From positions 64,001 through 128,000 of IMG/VR virus record IMGVR_UViG_3300037467_003067: 64,000 nucleotides of DNA. The stretch is one strand, 5' to 3'. The stretch comes from a virus (taxonomy: Duplodnaviria; Caudoviricetes). Under the pieces are notes generated by a model. The model worked only from the letters and a program-made list of their open reading frames with translations. It was not told where the DNA came from and made no database searches. This document shows, piece after piece, positions 57,278-64,000 of this stretch (positions are counted from its first letter, which is position 1; each line of letters starts with the position of its first letter). The position numbers were made by a program, and so were the translations under genes.

Positions 57278-57406
57278 AATAACATATATAGAAATTTAAT
57301 AGATTAAATCTTTTCCTCCAACAAAATCCATTAAAAAATTAAAGTATAACTGACATCTTCCGATAATACAAGTGTACCAACAAACACTTTACAGACAGGA
57401 AAAACG

Positions 57407-58303
57407 ATGGCTACCAAAGGCGTGAAAGCGAAGAAGATTCAGGCGACCGAAGCTCAAGAAACTCTCGATGCGGTCAAGGGACTCGACCTCAATACCGTGA
57501 TCGGCGAAGTCGGCAATCTCCAGGTCAATATCCAGAATGTCCTGGCAAACCTGAGTTCCTCTTTGACCAGTAAAATCCAACATATGGATACTGTCAACCA
57601 GGCAATTACCCTGAAAGAAGATCGCTTAAAGGAACTGTACGATATCGAAAAGGAAGCGATCACCATCGACGACCTCCGCGCACAGAGGGAAGAAGAAGCC
57701 AAGGAATGGTCTAAAAAGAAGCAAGAGAAGGACGCTCAATGGACCGAGGAACTCGCCGAACGCGAGAAGTTCCGCAAGCGTGAACACGAAGAATATGTTT
57801 ATGCTACCAAGCAAAATCAGAAGCGAATCAAGGATGAGTTCGATGCAGAGGTCGCCCGCACTAAGCGGGAAGAGCATATCCGCCAGGAATTGCTTCAGCG
57901 AGAATGGAATGCTCGGGAAGAGGAGATCGCCAAACAAGAAGACGAGATCACGGGTCTTCGGAACCAAGTTGCCGGATTCGATGGTCGACTCAAGTCCGAA
58001 ATTGGCAAGGCTGAAGCCATCCTCGGAAACACCTTAAAGCGTCAGTATGAGCATGACATCCTGATCATGAAGAAGGACGCCGAGAACGAGCGGAAGATGA
58101 ACGAGGCACATGCGGCAATGCTTCAGCAGACGATCGGTGGTCTCCAAGACCAAATCAAGGATCTCCAGGTCCAGTTGACAGCGGCTCGTGCCGACGCAAG
58201 GGATGTGGCTTCCCAAGCCCTCCAGAGTGCCTCAGGACGACAGGTCGCCGAAGCCCTCCAGAGAGTCGTCGATACCCGCGACAACGCGACCAAAGCCAAA
58301 TAA
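57407..58303 (+). CDS. coiled-coil protein
   Basis: Long charged heptad-like helix; SD AGGA. Confidence 0.75.
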   Translation: MATKGVKAKKIQATEAQETLDAVKGLDLNTVIGEVGNLQVNIQNVLANLSSSLTSKIQHMDTVNQAITLKEDRLKELYDIEKEAITIDDLRAQREEEAKEWSKKKQEKDAQWTEELAEREKFRKREHEEYVYATKQNQKRIKDEFDAEVARTKREEHIRQELLQREWNAREEEIAKQEDEITGLRNQVAGFDGRLKSEIGKAEAILGNTLKRQYEHDILIMKKDAENERKMNEAHAAMLQQTIGGLQDQIKDLQVQLTAARADARDVASQALQSASGRQVAEALQRVVDTRDNATKAK

Positions 58304-58326
58304 ACGCGAAATAGAGGCATCTGCCC

Positions 58327-59763
58327 CTATCTTCCCTTCTTGATCCAGTTCGAGAGAGAAGGTCCCCCCTTCAATCCCCACCGAACGAGCAGGTTCATGT
58401 CCCGTTCGGTGGGGAGTTTGTTATATTTCCCCCGCGCCTGAGTGATCATCCTTTGTGTGTTCGAGATTTCCAAGGTCAAAAGCCGGTCGATGTTCCCAAG
58501 GGTATCATACCGCTTCAGGGACCAAATCGAAGTTCTCCCGCTGACGCAGGAATGGGCATAGGAGGCTACACAGTGGTGCATAGCGTTGCCCTCATTCCTC
58601 AGTTCCTTGGAATTGATCAACTCGGTGATCAGGTAGACCTTCTTGTTCTCTCCCTCGCCTTCCACGTGTTCGAATTCCGGGATGCCCGAAATGTTCCAGG
58701 ATATATCAGGTCCACCCTTCTTGTCCAGGCTTCCCAACCTTCGATGCCACATCTCCACTAGATTTAGAAGGGTCGTCGGATTACGACCTTTCATGGTGAA
58801 ATTGGGTTGCGGCGGGAGCAATCTCGGTCCGGTGGGACTCGGGTTGGGGACGGATCGGGTGTACTTCTGGTCGTATACGTAGTCGATGATGGGTCCGTGA
58901 TGAACCGGGTCGAGCATGGGATGAAGGATTAGCCAACGTATGACCGAAATGCCGAACTCATCGCTCTCGGTGACATTCGATCCCAGGCGTGTGGACAAGA
59001 TCGATCTCACCAAGCGCTCATCGCCCCCCATGTTGATTACTTGTGCCCAGCGGAAAGCGGCAGGAATGCTGAACTCGCCAGGAGCTTGAAGGAAGTAGTG
59101 AGCCATCTTCTTGGTCATGGGGATCGGCAATCCTGAAGCGGTTCGGATGTTTTGACCGATCCCCACATGAATGAACCACCGTTGCTCCTTGATCCCGTTT
59201 CCGGTGGCACCGGCATACCACGCCGTGTTCATGAACGACGGGACATGGTACTTGGCGAACAGGTGCCGGACCAGGGAGTCGAATTGTCGCCAGACATTGT
59301 GACTCTTCGGCTTCCAGTCCTCAAGCGGGCGAAGCCAGCGATTACGATGACTGGCAATTGCGACCAAACCGTTGATGTAGTCTTTGCTTGACTTACCTTC
59401 GAAGATATCGGTATGTTCGTAGCAGTAGAGAAGGAGTTCCTTGAGGACGCTCATGTCGGGGCGGTAATGCGATAACTTGTTCGTGGAATCATAGATGTGG
59501 CACATCCGATCTAGCGGCGTCCTTTGAGACCAAGTTCTGGTCTCGCCCCGGTCGATTGAGTTCAACGTCTCGACCGGGTCCTTGACGCCTTGCTTTGCTT
59601 GTCGCAGGAGGTTCTCGGCGCATTGAGACCGCTCCAAGGCTACCTGTTGCTTCCACGCTTCCTGGCGTTTGCGATTTTCTTTGGCAAGGGTCTTCCTTGC
59701 TTGGGCTTCCTTCTTCAACTTGTTCGAAGAAGGCTTGGGCGATTTATCGTTGTGCCGTGTCAT
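58327..59763 (-). CDS. PcfJ domain protein
   Basis: EL..EG.AM.HCV.SY...C..G...IWSL....LTLE....Q.RG..N. Confidence 0.8.
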   Translation of the reverse strand: MTRHNDKSPKPSSNKLKKEAQARKTLAKENRKRQEAWKQQVALERSQCAENLLRQAKQGVKDPVETLNSIDRGETRTWSQRTPLDRMCHIYDSTNKLSHYRPDMSVLKELLLYCYEHTDIFEGKSSKDYINGLVAIASHRNRWLRPLEDWKPKSHNVWRQFDSLVRHLFAKYHVPSFMNTAWYAGATGNGIKEQRWFIHVGIGQNIRTASGLPIPMTKKMAHYFLQAPGEFSIPAAFRWAQVINMGGDERLVRSILSTRLGSNVTESDEFGISVIRWLILHPMLDPVHHGPIIDYVYDQKYTRSVPNPSPTGPRLLPPQPNFTMKGRNPTTLLNLVEMWHRRLGSLDKKGGPDISWNISGIPEFEHVEGEGENKKVYLITELINSKELRNEGNAMHHCVASYAHSCVSGRTSIWSLKRYDTLGNIDRLLTLEISNTQRMITQARGKYNKLPTERDMNLLVRWGLKGGPSLSNWIKKGR

Positions 59764-59770
59764 GAAACAT

Positions 59771-59799
59771 ATTATATCCAAGTCATTTGGGTTTGTAAA
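59771..59799 (-). promoter_or_regulatory. early promoter, probably giving a leaderless mRNA
   Basis: TTTACA-N17-TATAAT, 7 nt before ATG 59763. Confidence 0.7.
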
Positions 59800-59807
59800 G
59801 TCGGACC

Positions 59808-60449
59808 TTAAAAGAAACCTAAAGCCTGGTCAAGTGAATCGAACATTCGGGCATTGGAAGCGTTGTATTCTTCTAATGCCTTGCGGACGCTATCGTTTCC
59901 TTTGTCTTCGATAATTTCCAAGAGGACATCGGAAGTAGTGTATAATTCGTCTTGTCGCGATGCGTATTCTCGGTATTGAACCATAATCGGGGATGTACTG
60001 GAATACCACTTCTTATGGTTCTCTTCCCACGTTTGCGGGCGATCATCGGAGGGAAATGTCAGTAAATCAGCCCCCATGCTCACGATTAAATGATTGGGCG
60101 AATGAACATTGATGTCTAAAGTCTTGATGGCGTCCGAAGGGTCCATAACTTGACAGCAAAGTAAATATGCCATTGCCGATGAGCGGCTGATTCCGGCTTG
60201 GCATATGCAAATGACCTCGTCGAGATTCTTGTCTTTGCCCCATGCCAAGGCTCGCTCGACATGTTCGTATGTCGGATGAATCAATCCCGGTCTTGGAGAG
60301 AAGATATCATGGAACTCCATGTAAAGACAATCTCTTGCCTCGGTCCTAATCCGCTTAACGGTTTCGGTTTCATTGTTTGGACTATTCATCAAGAGGACAT
60401 CATGCCCTAATGCATGATGTTGTGCGAGCTTCTGCTTCATAATCTTCAT
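59808..60449 (-). CDS. Cys-based (CX5R) tyrosine/dual-specificity phosphatase-like protein
   Basis: F.DI, CQAGISRSSA, PN. Confidence 0.8.
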   Translation of the reverse strand: MKIMKQKLAQHHALGHDVLLMNSPNNETETVKRIRTEARDCLYMEFHDIFSPRPGLIHPTYEHVERALAWGKDKNLDEVICICQAGISRSSAMAYLLCCQVMDPSDAIKTLDINVHSPNHLIVSMGADLLTFPSDDRPQTWEENHKKWYSSTSPIMVQYREYASRQDELYTTSDVLLEIIEDKGNDSVRKALEEYNASNARMFDSLDQALGFF

Positions 60450-60468
60450 CGTTCTGTCCTTTTACCTA

Positions 60469-61107
60469 TTAAATTTCAATCGGACCAAGAGATCTGTGAT
60501 ATTCTAAATAATCAGCAGCGGCTCGAAGCAAGACTGGATCGTCATCAAAGGACCCTAAAGCTCTATTACATCTACTGCATAACAAACTTCGAACGACGCC
60601 TGTATTATGATCATGATCTACAGCTAACCTAGTAAGACGTCCCCGCCACATTGCTGTTTCGGGTTGTTTGCAAATAGCACACACATCCCCTTGTTGTTGG
60701 TTCATTAGGTTATATTCTTCCAATGATATGCCATAATTGCTTTTAAGTGCATAATCTTTTTTAACGTGTTTTCTGTTGTCTCTATATTGTTGATCGCGAT
60801 CTTTAGTTCGTTCTTTATATTCTTTGCTTTTCATTTTAGCCTCTGGTGTGGCACGAAGTTCTCGTCTTCTAGCATTGATTTTTTCTTTATTTGCATTTTT
60901 CCATTCTTTATTTTTCTGATAATGTCGTTCTTTGTTTTCTTTGTAATATTGTTGCCTATATTCTGGGTTGTCATCTACCCATTGTTTATACCTAGTTTTG
61001 GTACAGTTTTTACACTCACTTCTGACTCCACTGGGTCGATCTGAACGAATCCCAAAATTATCTATAGGCAAAATCAAACAGCAACGAGAGCATTGTTTTG
61101 TTTTCAT
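60469..61107 (-). CDS. endonuclease VII-type HNH homing endonuclease
   Basis: YGISLEEY..M..QQ..CAIC, VDHDH.TG.VR.LLC..CN..LG; AT-rich relative to flanks. Confidence 0.88.
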   Translation of the reverse strand: MKTKQCSRCCLILPIDNFGIRSDRPSGVRSECKNCTKTRYKQWVDDNPEYRQQYYKENKERHYQKNKEWKNANKEKINARRRELRATPEAKMKSKEYKERTKDRDQQYRDNRKHVKKDYALKSNYGISLEEYNLMNQQQGDVCAICKQPETAMWRGRLTRLAVDHDHNTGVVRSLLCSRCNRALGSFDDDPVLLRAAADYLEYHRSLGPIEI

Positions 61108-61119
61108 AATAAAATTATA

Positions 61120-62364
61120 TCAGATTTCAATTAATCCACAAGTTCTTTCTTTCGGGTCAAATTTATATAAATCCGCTTTGACGTAGAGAATTTGGTGAAG
61201 AGAATGCCAATCCGAGGGATAAAAATTCTTAATTCGGTTCAACTGCATTTTCACAGGAGTGTTGATATACCTAGCTTGCTGTTCTTTGCAATAATAAAAA
61301 AAACTGTTACTATTCCAAAAAGACTTATGTGTGGGATCTTGGAAAGCTCCTCTTTGGTCACTCGAAGGAGTCAGGCTCAAAAGCCACCCTTTAGGAGCTA
61401 AACATCGATAGATTTCCTTCATCACATGGATTTGGTCTTTCATGTGTTCCAGGGCATCGTGGGCGCGAAATACGCCGACGGTCCCATCTTCGATTGGCCA
61501 GGGATCTTCCAGGTCAGCCGTGATGTCCCCGCCGAACTTGTCAATGCTCTCGTAGTTCAGGGGCGAGTCGAAGCCGCCGCAAAGGTCGATCTTCCTCAGC
61601 CCGTTCATATCCGACCACTTCTCGACCATCTGGTAGATGTACTTGTCGTGGAGTCCCAAGGTCATGTTCTGAATGAGTTCGTTCTTTTCACCCTTGCTGG
61701 TATTCATCCCCGTGTAATGATACACATAAAGGCACTTATCGATGTGCTTGACGTTGCCGTGGATGTAGCTACGACAGACGATGTCATGGTCATCACAGAC
61801 CTCCATGGAGGCGTCATGACCACCGATACCGACGTAGAATGATCGTCGCCAGGCACGCACGTGATTAGGGGCATACCAGATCTTGGAGAAGGCAGCGGGG
61901 TCGGGAGCGAATGCCAAGGTTTCGAGAAGGTCTTTTCCTTTCCATTGGAACGGACGATATTTCCAGCCGTAGATATCGCTGTAGGTGTACGGTTGGTCGT
62001 TGAGAATTTCGCAGCAATTGGAATAAACAAAATCGACCTTGTCGTCGGCAAATGTTGCAGTGAGTTCTTCGAGGCAATCGGGAGTTAATTCATCGTCATG
62101 GTCAACTTCGACCAGGACATTGCCGAGAGAATTTTCGCAGGCAAACTTCTTGATCTCGCCGATGTTTTGGGTGAGACCAGTGTAAGGGATGATACGGACC
62201 TTAGAGATTAGGTTACCATAGACTGGTAGGCTGATATCTTCGGGGCGGCAATCGCCATTGGGGACGATAACCCATTCAAAATCTTGATGCGTTTGGTCGA
62301 TGAGGGACTTAGCCAGACGATTAATGAATAGGGGATTATGAGTAGGGGTAAAAATTGATAGCAT
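61120..62364 (-). CDS. GT2 glycosyltransferase fused to a SAM-dependent methyltransferase-like domain
   Basis: SIFTPTHN, VDHDD, CDD.D; C-terminal DLCGG, LEH, E.YR.L.P.G, DPTH. Confidence 0.82.
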   Translation of the reverse strand: MLSIFTPTHNPLFINRLAKSLIDQTHQDFEWVIVPNGDCRPEDISLPVYGNLISKVRIIPYTGLTQNIGEIKKFACENSLGNVLVEVDHDDELTPDCLEELTATFADDKVDFVYSNCCEILNDQPYTYSDIYGWKYRPFQWKGKDLLETLAFAPDPAAFSKIWYAPNHVRAWRRSFYVGIGGHDASMEVCDDHDIVCRSYIHGNVKHIDKCLYVYHYTGMNTSKGEKNELIQNMTLGLHDKYIYQMVEKWSDMNGLRKIDLCGGFDSPLNYESIDKFGGDITADLEDPWPIEDGTVGVFRAHDALEHMKDQIHVMKEIYRCLAPKGWLLSLTPSSDQRGAFQDPTHKSFWNSNSFFYYCKEQQARYINTPVKMQLNRIKNFYPSDWHSLHQILYVKADLYKFDPKERTCGLIEI

Positions 62365-62396
62365 GACTTAAAAGAGTGAGTCATGCTATCAATTTT
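62351..62396. repeat. inverted repeat covering the start codon of the GT2-methyltransferase gene
   Basis: aaaattgatagcatgact / agtcatgctatcaatttt, 18-bp perfect stem. Confidence 0.85.
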
Positions 62397-62412
62397 CATG
62401 GCTTAATTCAGA

Positions 62413-63159
62413 TTACTTAACCGTCCAGAGTCCAGCCGAGATTTCCCACCAAAGTTTTTTGTATTGCGGGATTGAGACCAATTCCTTGTCGTCGGACTTG
62501 CTCTTCAAGTATGCCTGGAGGTTCTTCGCCCATGCATTCCAGACCAAGGGGTCGATCCCAGCAGCAATCAATGCTTCCTTGTTGGAATCTTTGGTGGTGA
62601 GCATGATTTGCTTGACTTCGTTCAGGGCTTCATCACCAATCTGAGTTGAAATCTTCTTGAAGCTCGTAGCTAGGGCTTTCGACCCTTTCTTGAGCATTTC
62701 ATCCTGTGGGAGGATGTTGGGGTCTTTCGCCCATGCGGCGACGAGGCTCGAAATGGTCTCAGCATTATTGACATTGACGGCACCAACCTTCAATTCTCGG
62801 GTTGCGGTGAGTACCTTGACAATTTCTTCTCCGTTGACCGAATAGTGGAGCGACAGTTTGGCATCGACCTGAATCTTGGTTGCCTTGACACCTGCACCAA
62901 AGACGACTCGGCGACCATCAATCCAGTGTTTCTTGACCTGACCTTCTTCGGAAACGGTCCACTTGATCTTGGCGGCTGTGATGAATTGGGCGTATTCGTT
63001 TTCCAGCTTGGCTTCCATGACCATCAATTCGCCTGGCTTGGATGGTTCCAGGGGTCCGATGATCGATAAGGTTGGCTGGACCATAGCGGTTGCCTTGACG
63101 ATTTTATCGTCGATAATGACCAAGGTGGGTTCTGTATTTTCCATTTTTTGTTTCTCCAA
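62413..63159 (-). CDS. hypothetical protein
   Basis: 248-aa ORF with consistent codon bias. Confidence 0.7.
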   Translation of the reverse strand: MEKQKMENTEPTLVIIDDKIVKATAMVQPTLSIIGPLEPSKPGELMVMEAKLENEYAQFITAAKIKWTVSEEGQVKKHWIDGRRVVFGAGVKATKIQVDAKLSLHYSVNGEEIVKVLTATRELKVGAVNVNNAETISSLVAAWAKDPNILPQDEMLKKGSKALATSFKKISTQIGDEALNEVKQIMLTTKDSNKEALIAAGIDPLVWNAWAKNLQAYLKSKSDDKELVSIPQYKKLWWEISAGLWTVK

Positions 63160-63241
63160 AATGCGAGATATCCTTCATTACCAGAGTAATCATTTGTGTT
63201 AAACGTATATAGTGTAGTGCGATTATGGAGGGAACGAATTT

Positions 63242-63661
63242 ATGAAATTGCTTTCTAAAATGTCATTGCCAATGAAGGCACAAACGACCTGGCAGGGGTT
63301 GATCGAAAACAGCCTCTTGGCAACAGCCGCGACGGGTCTGACCTATGTCGCCGAAAATGCGAGTAATGCCAACTTCGGCAACTATTCTCCATTGGTTGTC
63401 GGAATTGCTTCCATTTCTTTGTATTGTGTCAAGAAAATATTGGAAATAAAAAATATGACGAATCCTCTGGAGAATGTAACTCCGGTTGATCCGATGCCAG
63501 CCCCAGAACCCGCTCCCGAGCCTGAGACCCCACCGACACCAGAACCGGTCGTGGTCCCAGAACCAGTTGCCCCGGCTCCCGTTGTTGTTCCACCGACTCC
63601 GGTTGTACGTCCGCAACCGATTGATCCTGAAGAAGGGAGTGACTTTCCTTTGGTCGTCTAA
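63242..63661 (+). CDS. membrane protein with Pro-rich tail (holin-like)
   Basis: Two hydrophobic segments then PEP/PV repeats; SD GGAGG. Confidence 0.55.
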   Translation: MKLLSKMSLPMKAQTTWQGLIENSLLATAATGLTYVAENASNANFGNYSPLVVGIASISLYCVKKILEIKNMTNPLENVTPVDPMPAPEPAPEPETPPTPEPVVVPEPVAPAPVVVPPTPVVRPQPIDPEEGSDFPLVV

Positions 63662-63673
63662 CAAGGAGGGATT

Positions 63674-64000
63674 ATGTTCCAAGCTGATGATTATTTGACT
63701 AATGGTTGGGTTCCGCCTTCGAATCCCAATGATTGGCAGCAAGACATGCTTGTTTTGCACAATCAGCAAAGAAGTAATCGTACAGAGTTGACCATGAATG
63801 ACAAGCTCCAGGCTGCGGCTCAGAAGCATGCGGAATGGATGGCTGCCACGGAGACCTTATCCCACACGGGAGAAAACGGCAGTGACATGACCTCAAGGAT
63901 CAATGCGGAAGGATACGATTGGTCCACGATCGGCGAGAATGTCGCCTACGGATATCCTACCGTCCAGACCGTGGTGAAAGGATGGATGGAATCTTATGGT
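63674..64000 (+). CDS. CAP/SCP domain protein, 3'-truncated (absent from the ORF track)
   Basis: LHN..R, L..AAQ.HA.WMA, SH.G, GENVA.G, V..WM.S.G; SD AAGGAGG. Confidence 0.88.
   Translation, partial: MFQADDYLTNGWVPPSNPNDWQQDMLVLHNQQRSNRTELTMNDKLQAAAQKHAEWMAATETLSHTGENGSDMTSRINAEGYDWSTIGENVAYGYPTVQTVVKGWMESYG

Noticed and set aside
560-63661. Bacterial chromosome or integrated prophage, suggested by pyrC, pyrD and glycosyltransferases
   Set aside because: These genes are interspersed singly among phage structural and hypothetical genes; no housekeeping operons, integrase or att boundary is seen.

Overview
The window reads as a segment of a large T4-like (gp23-type capsid) bacteriophage genome, not a cellular chromosome. 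It holds a head-morphogenesis block (putative core protein, gp21-like prohead protease, gp22-like scaffold, gp23-like major capsid protein). It also holds a 17-35 kb cluster of large Fn3/lyase/collagen virion proteins, three tRNA genes, two free-standing homing-type endonucleases, an internally deleted TnpB element, and auxiliary genes (pyrC, pyrD, SpeD-like, Nudix, ADP-ribosylglycohydrolase, glycosyltransferases). Three observations stand out. (1) A ~620-nt non-coding, highly structured minus-strand region (52.7-53.35 kb) contains two tandem circularly permuted tRNA-like domains and lies directly behind a ~250-aa gene whose 5' UTR carries the same period-6 repeats, suggesting an RNA-protein system. 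(2) About 15 unrelated proteins share an N-terminal tag resembling the T4 capsid-targeting sequence, suggesting a head-packaged effector set. (3) A MerR-type HTH is fused to a degenerate second copy of the major capsid protein. All calls come from reading the sequence by eye; no searches or folding programs were run.
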